From Octopus sinensis (taxonomy: Eukaryota), in the NCBI RefSeq assembly GCF_006345805.1, contig NC_043012.1:38378001-38442000 (forward strand): a stretch of 64,000 bases of DNA, read 5' to 3'. Numbering within the stretch: the first letter of the stretch is position 1; every line of letters begins with the position of its first letter. A program made the translations under genes and the position numbers. Shown here piece after piece: positions 37,994-51,059 of the stretch. Below the pieces are notes generated by a model. It saw nothing but the letters and a program-made list of their open reading frames with translations, had not been told where the DNA came from and did not search any database.

Positions 37994-38674
37994 CAGCAGC
38001 AGCAACAGTAACAAAACAGTAAGTTGCAGTAGAAGGGGGAGTGACATAAGGATAAGAAGAAGAGGAAGGAGAAGGAGAAAGATGAAGAAAAAGAAGAAAA
38101 GGAAGAGAAGAAGAAGAAGGAGAAGGAGAAAAAGGAAATGGAGAAGTTGAAGAAAATGAAGATGACAAAGAAGATCAAGAAGGAGAAGAGAAGAGGAAGA
38201 GAAGAAGAGGAAGAAGAGAAGAAGAAGAAGAAGAAGACGAAGAAGAAGAAGAAGAAGAAAGAAGAAGAAGAAGAAGAAGAAGAAGAAGAGAAGACGAAGA
38301 AGAAGAAGAAGAAGAAGAAGAAGAAGAGAAGACGAAGAAGAAGAGAAGAGAAGAAGAAGAAGAAGAAGAAGAGAAGAAGAAGAAGAGAGAAGAAGAGAAG
38401 AAGAGAAGAAGAAGAAGAAAGAAGAGAAGAAGAAGAAGAAGAAGAAGAAGAAGAAGGAAGAAGAGAAGAAGAAGAAGAAGAAGAAGAAGATTTGATAATC
38501 ACAATTTGGCAAAAATAAAAATTTGGCGATGAAGCCGTTGAAAATTTGAACAATGGCGTGTTGGTTTTTTTTGTTTTGCTTCAGATATTGAGTTTTTTTG
38601 TTTATTGTTTGTTTTTCTTTCGGTTATTTCTAAGAGGTCAGATTTCAAGTAGGAAATTGTAAAAGAACACAACA

Positions 38675-38730
<56 letters not shown>

Positions 38731-38793
38731 TACGGTGAAGATCACGTTGATCACGGCCTTCATCGTTAGCGTGATGACAAAAACAAGAGCTAC

Positions 38794-38832
<39 letters not shown>

Positions 38833-38845
38833 TATAATAATAATG

Positions 38846-38886
<41 letters not shown>

Positions 38887-38890
38887 TACT
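37540..38890. repeat. Compound trinucleotide block (TTC/TAA/CTA/GAA/GAT)
   Basis: Direct reading. Confidence 0.9.
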
Positions 38891-38891
38891 A

Positions 38892-39202
38892 GCAGATGTA
38901 GTGGGGGAGCCTCATAGCCATGTGTTGAGAAGAATTTTTTGGGGTTTGGATAATTCACCTCTGGAAACATGGGTGTTTCGTTCATAGTCCTTAAACAACC
39001 CTTATTCAGGGACCTTTGGGGGCGGGATGGCATATTCGTCCTGACGAAAATTCTAAATGTGCCCCACCTGCAAGTTCATGCGCTGATTACCTTCGTATGA
39101 AATCACTGTGCCGCGCACATATGGTTGCGATGCACTTGTCTGTGCACCCTTATCAAATGGGTATTTATGATGGGTATACTGGCCTTCGTATATTTGTACT
39201 CC
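38892..39202 (+). mobile_element. Partial copy of the (TAA)n-associated ~550-bp element
   Basis: Reverse-complement homolog of ~51330-51640; left flank is (TAA)n. Confidence 0.7.
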
Positions 39203-39301
39203 ATGCATTACTAATGACGATGACTATGATGATGATAATGATGATGATGATGATGGTAGTGACAATGATATTACGATCATTATGATTATTAACTTCTCGA
39301 A

Positions 39302-39513
39302 GGCGGCGAGCTGGCAGAATCGATATCACATCGGACAAAGGTCTTAGTGACATTTCTTCCGGCTTTTTGTTCCGAGTTCAAATTCGGTCGAGGTCGACAT
39401 CCTCTCTCATCCGTTCGGAATCGATAAAATAGATGACAGTATCGCATTTGGGTCGATGTAATCAACTACCCCTTTCCCACCCAAATTCGAGGCCGTGTGC
39501 CTATGATAGAAAG
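39302..39513 (+). mobile_element. SINE family A, tail A2
   Basis: ggcggcgagctggcagaatcg head, gagttcaaattc B box, tail cgaggccgtgtgcctatgatagaaag. Confidence 0.8.
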
Positions 39514-39544
39514 TATTATTTTTTTCTTTCACTTAACATCTGAT

Positions 39545-39880
39545 TAATATATGTCTATTCCATGTCCCAGCTCCATACCGCAGCTGACAGACGCAACACT
39601 TAACCTCAACACGTGAGCTGTTCCAAGTATTGCTGCCATCTGAATGCTTCTCAAGAAGTTTGGTATTTTTAGTTTTTGATGCCGGAATATTGTTCTTTCT
39701 GAGATGGCCCATAGTGTATCGATCACAAGTGGTCCCACACTCATTTTTGACGGTCTAAAGATGTTCCCAGACGCTCCAGCTTTATGATGCTCCAGCTTTA
39801 TCAATTGGGCAACTGAAGTGAGGAGTGGAAGGCAGATCCTTGAAGATGGTCCAAGGTCTCGACGCCGTATTTTAGTCGCA
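39545..39880 (-). mobile_element. R4/Dong-like C-terminal fragment
   Basis: LRSIQMAAILGTAHVLR motif in ORF 39544-39972. Confidence 0.65.
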
Positions 39881-40037
39881 GCAAACCCAGCAGCAGCCAG
39901 GGTATTCCTGCTTAGGGGCCTACTGTTACTACTTCCTCTCGCGTTATCTCTATAAGTTTTATAGGAATTCAATTTTATAAATTCTGATCAAAAATACGTC
40001 CAGTTCTATCTCACAACGAGAAATTCCATGGCATCAT

Positions 40038-40210
40038 GGCGCAGGAGTGGCTGGGTGGTAAGTACCTTGCTTACAAACCACATGGTTCCAGGTTCAGTCC
40101 CACTGCGTGGCACCTTGGGCAAGTGTCTTGTACTATAGCCTCGGGCCGACAAAAGCCTTGTGAGTGGATTTGGAAGACGGAAACTGAAAGAAGCCCATCG
40201 TATATATACG

Positions 40211-40247
<37 letters not shown>

Positions 40248-40408
40248 ATATATATATATATATAATATATATATATATCTTTGTGTGTCTGTGTTTGTCC
40301 CCCAACATCGCTTGACAGCCGATGCTCGTGCGTTTGCGTCCCCGTAACTTAGCGGTTCGGCAAAAGAGACCGATAGAATAAGTAATAGAGTAAAAGAGAG
40401 AGTAAAGT
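40038..40408 (+). mobile_element. SINE family B, near full length
   Basis: ggcgcaggagtggct head, ggttcagtcccactgcgtgg, internal (TA)n, gaccgatagaataagta tail. Confidence 0.85.
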
Positions 40409-41460
40409 TTATATGTGGTCTCTATTTTCCTTTGCCTTATAAAAAGCTGTGCTTTTCCTTACATATTTTACTCCGCAGTGTGTCACTCTTCTCTTCTCTC
40501 CATTCGCTCTCCATCTTCCCATGTGCATGCAGTAGTTAGTATTATTCGGAGCCCGGCTTGAACGCTGTTCATTTCTAGGACGAAGATAAAGAGCAACTCC
40601 GCTGCCAGTTGTGTAGCTTCGACTGGCGAATCTTTTGGATTCCTTACAGACGATTGTACCCATAACGTAGTTCTCGGGGAGATTCAGCCAGACACAAATT
40701 GTGACAAGGCTGGCCCATTTGAAATACAGGTACAACAGAAACAGGAAGAACGAGTGAGAGAAAGTTGGGCTGAAAGAATACAGCAGGGTTCGCTGTATTC
40801 CCATCGATTGTTGTTGATAGCTTTGCTGTTGTTCGTCACCCATCTCATTCTTTTTCTCGTTAGAGTTCTTCGGAGAAGAAGACTTTCGAGATATTATTTT
40901 TCTTGTCTTATATCTCAAGTCTTATCGCTAAGCTTTTTGTGTCCTTGGTGGGATACAGATCCAAAATTGATTTGTTATGTTGAGGGAGTATAAGAACTTA
41001 CAAATTCATACTGATCCCGTGCTCACATTATTTTCCCTTTGAAATACCCCCCACCATACCAATGTCCCATAAAGCATTACGATATGATAATGAAGTCATG
41101 AGTCAATGAGTCGGAGTCATTGGCAACTATCTTTTGCTGTGCTTGACCCTGTACAATGAACTAGGGGAATGTGTAGCTCACCCTATCTGTTTTGGTCCTG
41201 GAAACCTGGCAACTACAAAAACATGAACGCATGTGGGCCTTGGGAAATCGATGTGCAATATGCGCTCCAGCACGTCGGCTAGAAAACGTTTCAAATCATC
41301 TTAAGATAGGACACAGAAAGCAACCTTCCTTATGAGCAGCAGAAGTATGCCAAGTTCCACCTTGTCCGGCACTGGTTAAATTCTTTAGATCAGAGACAAG
41401 CAGATCGTGTCATAACTCAATCATGTCACCCTTGCTTTCCTTATCAATAGCTTATCGTCA

Positions 41461-41739
<279 letters not shown>

Positions 41740-42503
41740 TCGCAAATCTTGTTAAGTTGATTTTGTTATTGTTAAACAAGTCGCTAAAATAGGTCTCATT
41801 TGTTTAAAACACCGCAGACATGTCTTTATTATTTTCATTCAAAATATCTGTATTGTTTTATAATATTTTTGACAATTCTAGTTTTTGTCTGTTTCCTGTG
41901 CAGCTGTCAATGCTTGTGTGTGAGGGGGCGTTGCTCGCTGACATATTGTGTTGAATGTAAACTAAGAAAAAAATACTCAACCATTTCCCTTTGTTTTGTT
42001 CAGGCGAATTAAAATAAACGCGAGAGAGGGCTTTCGAAAAGAAAATCGATCGCATTTCGTCGATGTGAAGCAGATCTTGTGACGGTAAAATCAAACGATA
42101 ATAAATACAATTCAAAGAGGAAACAAGGACAATGATGATCATAACAACAGCTATAACAATACTACTGATGCTGCCAGTACTACTACTACTACTACCAACA
42201 GCAGCAGCAGCAGCAGCATCACCACCACCACCACCACCACCACCACTACTCCTACTAGTACTACTACTACTACTACTACTACTAACTACTACTACTACTA
42301 CTACTACTATTACTACAATAACTAATTAAACATTTCTAACCCATATATAATCTGACATTTTGGGGCCAGGTGTACAGTCTTGTTTATCTGTCGATTTATT
42401 ATAACTTCTGTCAGTCTATCACCAATCATATACATATCTCTCATCTCTCGTTCTCTCTAACTGTCGGCTGTCTGTGTGTGTCTAACTGACTTTCCGTCAT
42501 TTA

Positions 42504-42588
<85 letters not shown>

Positions 42589-42589
42589 A

Positions 42590-42623
<34 letters not shown>

Positions 42624-42890
42624 ACCTTCTCTCTAGATATTTGAACTTCATATTTAGCGACTCTTCCGTTTCATCCCGTTTTTCTTGCCTTAATTTCTTC
42701 CATTCTAAGTTGAAAGGAAACAAAAGCATAAAAATGTAAATAAAAAATACTAAAAATGAAAATGAACGAACACAAACAAGTAAAAATAAAAGAAATACAT
42801 ATATAGTTAAAAAAACATATACATAATATTTTAATTAATTAAATCTATAAAAACGTTGTAAATAAACCAATAAAATAGTAATAAAAATGC

Positions 42891-43102
42891 TCTTTTCTAC
42901 TCTAGGCACAAGGCTCGAAATTTTTAGTGAGGGGACCAGTCGATTACATCGACTCCAGTACGAAACTGGTACTAAATTTACCGACCCCGAAAGGATGAAA
43001 GCAAAGTCGACCTCGCGGGAATTTGAACTCAGAACGTAAAGACAGTCAAAATACCGCTAAGCATTTCGCCCGGCGTGCTAACCACTCTGCCAGCTCGCCG
43101 CC
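42891..43102 (-). mobile_element. SINE family A, tail A2, full length
   Basis: Head gctcgccgcc on the plus strand at the right end; tail cgagccttgtgcctagagtagaaaaga. Confidence 0.9.
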
Positions 43103-43399
43103 TTACGGTTATACAAATATTGTCAAATAACAAAGTTGGAAATTAAATTTTATTCAAACCAATATGGTTTCAGCCATTAAGCAATGTGGAATTTAGAAGA
43201 ATAAAGCCAAATGGATTAAATTTTTTTGTTAATCTATATAATCTATGTTCTCTTCATTTATTGTTTTGTCTTTTTTTTCCCTGCTTGTTTTAATATTTTG
43301 CATAAAATCTTGCACATTTCAACAGAATATAATTTTTGTTGTGCAAATATCGAATATTGGCAGCGAACGGCCACAGTCGGCAGCGAATTCGACGGTGGC

Positions 43400-43880
43400 G
43401 ACAATGATGATGATGATAATGATGATGATGATAATGATGATGATGATAATGATGATGGTGGTGGTGGTGGTGGTGGTGGTGGTGATAAAGTGAAGGTGAT
43501 AGTGATAATGATGATCATGTTGATGACAAATGATGATGTTGATTGGTGGTGTTGTTGCTGCTGCTGCTGATTATGATGATAATGATGATGGTGCTGGTGA
43601 TAGTGGTGTTAGTGGCGGTGGTGATGATGATGATGATAAAGTGATGGTGATCGTGATAATGATGATCATATTCATGACAAATGATGATGTTGGTTGGTGG
43701 TGTTGATGATGATGATGATGATGATAGTGGTGGCAGTGGTGGAGGTGGTGGTGATGGTAATGGTGGCGATGATGATAATGGTTATCATGTTGACAAGTGG
43801 TGATCTGGATAGGCGGTGCTGCTGCTGCTGCTGCTGATGATGATGATGATGAGGAGGAGGAGGAGGAGGTGGAAGAGGAC
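43400..43880. repeat. (GAT/GGT)n compound block with an internal ~150-nt duplication
   Basis: Direct reading. Confidence 0.8.
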
Positions 43881-45094
43881 GATAATTAAGAGAAAGAAGA
43901 GAAAGAATGAAATGACATAGATTACGAAGAAGCTGACATCATATACAATACACTTTCAGTTCCGGAGCACAACGTATTCAATACATACAATATGCTCGAT
44001 TAGTTTTGCCTTACATTTTACAAATTCAATCGACTGTTTTTGTCGAGCCACTAAGTGACAGGTACGCAAAAAAACAAACAGCAGTTGTAAAGAAATGATG
44101 GGGGACGAGCATATAGATAGAAAAAACATACCTATACACATACACACGCCCACACGCTTATATATATGTATGTATACAGCGGCATTGACCGGCCTGGCGT
44201 ATAGTAGAGACACTCGAACAAGTTGTCACGTAGTCGGATTGAATTTGAATCAAACATTTCTCACGGCCATGTCTGTATCTGCGAATGAGTTACACGAAAT
44301 ATTTTCTATACATGCACAAACTAATACAAAAACAGATTTTGAAGAATAACGAAGGAGAAATAGAATTGGTTTTCTATAAGACTTCAAGAAGACAGATGTA
44401 CATGGAACTGCCATAGAATGCTGTAGTGGCGATCCTCAGACTTAAGTTGGTCGTTGGTCGCAGATTGATCGGCGAGAATTTTCCGAATGTCCACAAAAAA
44501 ATCCTCTTCCAAATGATCGACCAATTCTGGACTGGTATTTATTTTTAAATACCATTGACCAGTTTCATTTGCTACGACAAGAATGATTCGATGGTTACCA
44601 GAAATACTTCCAATACCCGCAAGGAGACGATGAGCAGTGTCGATGTTGACTTCTTTATACAGGCCTCATATTATTCGTTTTTATTAACCACCACTACCTC
44701 CTCCTCCCACTTATATGTCCAAACCATCAACAGTTTCATGATATATTTATGACGTTTATTTTCCATGAGATAGTCCACTCTTTTCTGTGGGAATCCAGAA
44801 AATCTAAGCATTTCTTATCCCCCGTGGTTCAGCTCCGTTATCTCGGAAATTTCCATTTTATCGTTTCTCTTACAATTATTCTTTATCAATTCATACAGCA
44901 TATTTGACAAAGAAAACTACTCCAAAGCGTCGATATCGCTCCCAATGTAATAACGTTAATTCACTGCTCTTGTTTGTTGCTTTCATTCTGTTCGGCATTT
45001 GCCAAACTTCAACCAAAAACATCAACAGCAACAACGTCAGCATAAGAGTTAATAATAGACACAACAACAGCACATATAATCTTAATAAACATAA

Positions 45095-45194
45095 TGATGC
45101 TAGCGGTGATGATGATGATAATGATGATGATGATGATGATGATGATGATAAGGAAGATAATGATGCTGAAGACGACGTAGATGATGATGATGAA

Positions 45195-45245
<51 letters not shown>

Positions 45246-45494
45246 AAGGAAGATAATGATGCTGAAGACGACGTAGATGATGATGATGATGATGATGATG
45301 ATGATAATGATGATGATGTTGATGATGGAGATATCAATGACGTTGATGGTGTGGTGCTGTCGCTGCTGCTGATGGTGATGATAATTATAAATAAGCTGAA
45401 CATTTTCTGGTTGATACCAGAGAATATCATCAACTTTATGATCATCATCAGCTTGATAGGAGAAGATAATGCCAGAATTTCTTCCAAAAGAGAA

Positions 45495-45538
<44 letters not shown>

Positions 45539-45720
45539 TAATAATAATAATAATAAAATAATAATAATAATAATATAATAATAATAATAATAATTATAAT
45601 AATAATAATAATAATACAACGATGGCCATAATAATACTCAAAACAATAACTATAAAATATAGAATAAAATAGTAACGGCAATGATGATGTTGATGGTGAT
45701 GATGATGATGATGATGGTAA
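45095..45720. repeat. (GAT)n/(TAA)n block with a 96-nt-period duplication (45150, 45246)
   Basis: aaggaagataatgatgctgaagacgacgtagatg occurs twice. Confidence 0.85.
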
Positions 45721-46508
45721 CAATCGCAACAGCAACAGTACCTCGACGAACAACAATATTTTGATCTACAAAACCGAAGCAAAAAAGCGAAACAAATGAA
45801 AAGCGAGCCACACGAAAATTATTTTTAAAAATAATAATAAAATAATAAATTATTTTTGAAGGAAAGAAAGAATTTAGAAATGATGATAATCTTCAAAGTA
45901 GATTTCGAAGAAGAGAACTGAGAAAGAATTACAGACCAATAACCAGCGTATCTTTCATGAATTTTAGCGAAATAAATAAATAAAATATTATTTTTTTTTC
46001 CATTAACGCTGGTACAGAAGATAAGTGAAATGATAGCGGTGTCAGCAAAACAGAATGGAAGAACTGCAGAAGAGTAAAAGAAAGAAGAGAGGAAATTGGT
46101 AAAGTTGTTTCGGCTTCAAAGACCTAATTACTTCCCTTTACTTCTTTTGCTTAGCCATTCCGGTTTGGGAATTTTTTTTTTAATGGCTTAATGAACGGAG
46201 AAAGGTCAACGCGGATGATATGACCTTTACAGGACATCCGCGAGTGGTTGGTAGGTTCCGAAGAGGGGGTGTATTTCATGACCTACTCTGCCGCTGCTGT
46301 TAGCCGCTATACCAATCTCCACCGCTGTTTTGGCTTTGTTGCTATTTAGCCCCAGGTCAGCGATCGTCCCCTGTTTGATTTCTACACTGTACCTTTTATG
46401 CTTAGATAAATGATCGTATATAACTTGAAGGAGGAGGATTAGGCTGCTATTTCTTGAATGTCGAATAACTATGTACAGGCTCACTCGTTAGCTTATTTCG
46501 ATTTCTAT

Positions 46509-47025
46509 GAGTGGTTGTGTGGTAAGAATTTTGCTTTCCAGTCACAATGGTCCCGGTTCAGTCTCACTGCGTGGAACCTTGGGCAAGTGACTTTTTCTAA
46601 AGCTCTTGGTAGGCTGAAGCCCTATGAGTGGTTTTGGTTGACGGAAATTGAAAGAGATCCATAATATGTGTCTATGAATATATACATACATTCATACATA
46701 CATGCATATATATATACATACATACATACATACATACATAGATAGATACATACATACATACATATATACATACATACATATATATACATACATACCTGCA
46801 CACACACATACACACACACACACATGTATATATATATATACAGATACATGTATATATACTCATATTTCTGCATGTGCGTGCATTTGTGCTTATGCTTGTC
46901 GCCCCAGCGCCTGACAAGCGGTGTTGGAGTGTTTACATCCCGGTAACTTAGCAGATCGGCAAAGACACGATAGAATGAGTACAGAACATAAAATAAAACA
47001 AGTACAGGGGTCGAATGGTTCAATT
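46509..47025 (+). mobile_element. SINE family B, diverged, with a long internal microsatellite
   Basis: gagtggttgtgtggtaag head, ggttcagtctcactgcgtgg, gatagaatgagtac tail. Confidence 0.7.
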
Positions 47026-47162
47026 GAAATTCGTAAACAAACAAACAAACTCCGTCGTCAAGCGTTGGTGGGAAACAAACGCATTCACAAAGACGCACAC
47101 ACTTAGATATAGACATACACATACACACAAACTCACACGAACATTTTTACATACACACACAC

Positions 47163-47238
<76 letters not shown>

Positions 47239-47256
47239 TATATATATGTATGTATG

Positions 47257-47292
<36 letters not shown>

Positions 47293-47344
47293 ATATTATA
47301 TATATATATATATACATACATGCATTGATACATACATACGTAAA

Positions 47345-47486
47345 ACGGGCAGCTTTCTGTTTCCGTCACCAAATCCACTGACAAAGCTATAGTACAAGGG
47401 ACTTTCCCAATGTACCACGTAGTGGAACTGAACCTGGATTGATGTGGTCGGGAAGCAAGATTCTTACCCCTCAGTCATTCCAGCGC
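47345..47486 (-). mobile_element. SINE family B, 5' half
   Basis: Reverse complement of the family B head and body. Confidence 0.7.
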
Positions 47487-47910
47487 TCATATAGTATGTT
47501 GACAACGAAGACATTTTGAAAATATGTAATCTAGAAAACTTCATATGGAGATAATTGATCGAGGAGCGGGATTCTGACCACATTCTTATGCCCGAAGCTT
47601 GATTAACAAAGAGACATGTGGAAAACTATGAGGAACACATCGTCAACCGAGAACTGAAGACTTGAAATATATCCATTTTCATAGTCAGCCTCTTTAGGGA
47701 AAGCAAAAATATTCACATAATAACAAGGAAAACTGACAGGAGACTCTTAGTCTGATATTTACAGGGCTAGATTTATGACTAATACACAGACACGTATACA
47801 TCATTTGTCTGTTATCTGTAACTTGTGTCCGTCTTTGGACTGCAGCCATGCTAGGATGCAACATCGAAGGACGTTGTATATATATATTTATTCATACATA
47901 TATACATACA

Positions 47911-47998
47911 TGACCCTCCTTCTTTCCTTCCTTCCTGAGCGTCCAATAATACTATATTTGTTCCACGCCTCGCGTTGTTGTGTTTTCATGTTTGGATT
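47911..47998 (+). mobile_element. Penelope-type terminal relic (post-HHR part), split by SINE C
   Basis: ccctccttc...ttcctgagcgtccaataatac...gttccacg.ctcgcgttg matches 20-119; resumes at 48325. Confidence 0.65.
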
Positions 47999-48324
47999 TT
48001 AAAAAAGCTGAAACACTGAATTAAGACTCCGTCGGTTACGACGACGAGGGTCCCAGCTGATCCGATCAACGGAACAGCTTGCTCGTGAAATTAACGTGCA
48101 AATGGCTGAGCATTCCACAGACACGTGTACCCTTAACGTAGTTCTCGGGGATAATCAGCGTGACACAGAGAGTGACAAGGCTGACCCTTTGAAATACAAG
48201 TACGACTAATTTTTGCCAGCTGAGTGGACTGGAGCAACGTGAAATAAAGTGTCTTGCTCAAGGACACAACGCGTCGCCGGGAATCGAACTCACAACCTTA
48301 CGATCATGAGCCGAATGCCCTAAC
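47999..48324 (-). mobile_element. tRNA-derived SINE, family C, with 12-bp TSD CATGTTTGGATT
   Basis: Minus strand gagttcgattccc B box and gtgtccttgagcaagacacttt body; TSD at 47987-47998 and 48325-48336. Confidence 0.8.
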
Positions 48325-48387
48325 CATGTTTGGATTAACTTTATATATATATATATATTATATATACATACACATAATATGTATATT

Positions 48388-48515
<128 letters not shown>

Positions 48516-48703
48516 CATACATATAATATGTATATTTATATATATTTATGTGTATATATATATATGTGTGTGTGTATATATATATATATATATACATATA
48601 ATAAGTATATTTATATATATATATGTGTATATATATCTATATATATGTGTGTGTGTGTATGTATATATATATGTATATATATATCACATATATATATATA
48701 TAT

Positions 48704-48745
<42 letters not shown>

Positions 48746-48792
48746 TATATATATATATATATCATATATATATATGTAGATATATATATATA

Positions 48793-48995
48793 TATTTCTT
48801 TACTACCCACAAGGGGCTAAACACAGACGGGACAAACAAAGACAGACAAACGGATTAAGTCGATTATATCGACCCCAGTGTGTAACTGGTACTTAATTTA
48901 TCGACCCCGAAAGGATGAAAGGCAAAGTCGACCTCGGCGGAATTTGAACTCGGAACGTGTCGGCAGACGAAATACAGCTACGCATTTCGCCCAGC
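48793..48995 (-). mobile_element. SINE family A, tail A1, 5'-truncated
   Basis: Reverse complement of the A1 tail and body. Confidence 0.85.
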
Positions 48996-49017
48996 ATACA
49001 CACACGGTCGGTCACGG

Positions 49018-49234
49018 TGTTTATTGAGCGCATCGTTTTAGCCTTCAAATGACGCCACTCCGCTGGCTAAGCGAGCAGGACAACAGAAGAAAGAGTGAGA
49101 GAAAGTTGTGGCGAAAGAGTACAGCAGGGATCGCCACCACCCCCTGCCGGAGCCTCGTGGAGCTTTAGGTGTTTTCGCTCAATAAACACTCACAATGCCC
49201 GTCTGGGAATCGAAACCGCGATCCTACGACCGCG

Positions 49235-49236
<2 letters not shown>
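49018..49236 (-). mobile_element. tRNA-derived SINE, family D, partial
   Basis: Minus strand ggtttcgattccc B box; body shared with 40735-40800. Confidence 0.6.
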
Positions 49237-49277
<41 letters not shown>

Positions 49278-49462
49278 ACATTATATATAAAAGGGCTTAG
49301 TAAATAAATTACTTTGCCGCATACTGAACTCATTAGAAATAGCAGCTAAAAAACTTTTTTAAAGCTATTTCTAATACTTAACGAAAATCTCTCTCATATA
49401 TAGTGTTTGCTTAATTCAACTCACAAAAGTTTGGGGGTAAGGACATCGAAAAATCAAATGCT

Positions 49463-49534
49463 AAGGTTATTTGAGAACGTACGTTTCAAGATTAGTCAAA
49501 AACAACACTTCTATCATCAGCTCAGAAATTCCTT
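49463..49534 (-). ncRNA. Type I hammerhead ribozyme, copy 1
   Basis: Minus strand AAGGAATTTCTGAG-CTGATGA-T-AGA..AGT(loop)ACT.AA.TCT-T-GAAA-CGTACG-TT-CTCAAATAACCTT; predicted cleavage between 49476 and 49475. Confidence 0.7.
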
Positions 49535-50008
49535 GGTTTGGATTTGGAAACACTGAAAATAAGAACAACCCTTTCGAGATCATCTGCTCGTAACTAACAG
49601 TGCCAACAAATTCAAAATAGCAAGCGAAGAATCTCTGTTCTCCCCTTTCCACCAGCGTGGGTTAAAATCATCAAACACTATGCTTATTTCGGTAAAATCC
49701 GAAGCATTAATCAGAGGGAGATTAATTATAATTTCAACAATTGAGGGCACAAATTAATTAATTATTAATCAATTTCACCAAGTGTTCAGTATGCAAAGGG
49801 ACCATTCAAGGCGAATTCAAATTATTACATTATATAAAGGGCTTAGTAAATAAATTACTTTGCCGCATACTGAACTCATTAGAAATAGCAGCTAAAAAAC
49901 TTTTTTAAAGCTATTTCTAATACTTAACGAAAATCTCTCTCATATATAGTGTTTGCTTAATTCAACTCACAAAAGTTTGGGGGTAAGGACATCGAAAAAT
50001 CAAATGCT

Positions 50009-50080
50009 AAGGTTATTTGAGAACGTACGTTTCAAGATTAGTCAAAAACAACACTTCTATCATCAGCTCAGAAATTCCTT
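50009..50080 (-). ncRNA. Type I hammerhead ribozyme, copy 2
   Basis: Identical motif to copy 1; predicted cleavage between 50022 and 50021, 546 nt from copy 1. Confidence 0.7.
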
Positions 50081-50711
50081 GGTTTGGATTTGGAAACACT
50101 GAAAATAAGAACATACCTTTCGAAGATCTGCTCGTAACTAACAGTGCCAACAAATTCAAAATAAGCAAGCGAAGAATCTCTGTTCTCCCCTTTCCACCAG
50201 CGTGGGTTAAAATCATCAAACACTATGCTTATTTCGGTAAAATCCGAAGCATTAATCAGAGGGAGATTAATTATAATTTCAACAATTGAGGGCAAAATTA
50301 ATTAGAGAGATTTTCGTTAAGTATTAGAAATAGCTTTAAAAAAGTTTTTTAGCTGCTATTTCTAATGAGTTCAGTATGCGGCAAAGTAATTTATTTTACT
50401 AAGCCCTTTTATATAATGTAATAATTTGAATTCGCCTTGAATGGTCCCTTTGCATACTGAACACTTGTGTGAAATGATTATTAATAATTAATAATTTGCC
50501 CTCAATTGTTGAAATTATAATAATCTCCCTCTGATTAATGCTTCGGATTTTACCGAAATAAGCATAGTGTTTGATGATTTTAACCCACGCTGGGTGGAAA
50601 GGGGAGAACAGAGATTCTTCGCTTGCTTATTTTGAATTTGTTGGCACTGTTAGTTACGAGCAGATCTTCGAAAGGGTATGTTCTTATTTTCAGTGTTTCC
50701 AAATCCAAACC

Positions 50712-50784
50712 AAGGAATTTCTGAGCTGATGATAGAAGTGTGTGTTTTTGACTAATCTTGAAACGTACGTTCTCAAATAACCTT
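50712..50784 (+). ncRNA. Type I hammerhead ribozyme, copy 3 (inverted arm)
   Basis: CTGATGA 50726-50732, GAAA 50760-50763, palindrome AACGTACGTT 50762-50771, stem I TGAG/CTCA plus AAGG/CCTT; predicted cleavage after 50771. Confidence 0.7.
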
Positions 50785-51059
50785 AGCATTTGATTTTTCG
50801 ATGTCCTTACCCCCCAAACTTTCTGAGTTGAATTAAGCAAACACTATATATGAGAGAGATTTTCGTTAAGTATTAGAAATAGCTTTAAAAAAGTTTTTTA
50901 GCTGCTATTTCTAATGAGTTCAGTATGCGGCAAAGTAATTTATTTTACTAAGCCCTTTTATATAATGTAATAATTTGAATTCGCCTTGAATGGTCCCTTT
51001 GCATACTGAACACTTGGTGAAATTGATTAATAATTAATTAATTTTGCCCTCAATTGTTG

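Noticed and set aside
40560-40640. TTGSGVALYLR resembling an APE endonuclease GGGVA+Y motif
   Set aside because: A single short motif interrupted by a SINE fragment is not enough to call a LINE
44904-45500. 198-aa ORF with a hydrophobic stretch followed by poly-Asp (secreted acidic protein-like)
   Set aside because: The start is a non-ATG (TTG) codon and the acidic part is a (GAT)n microsatellite with a local duplication
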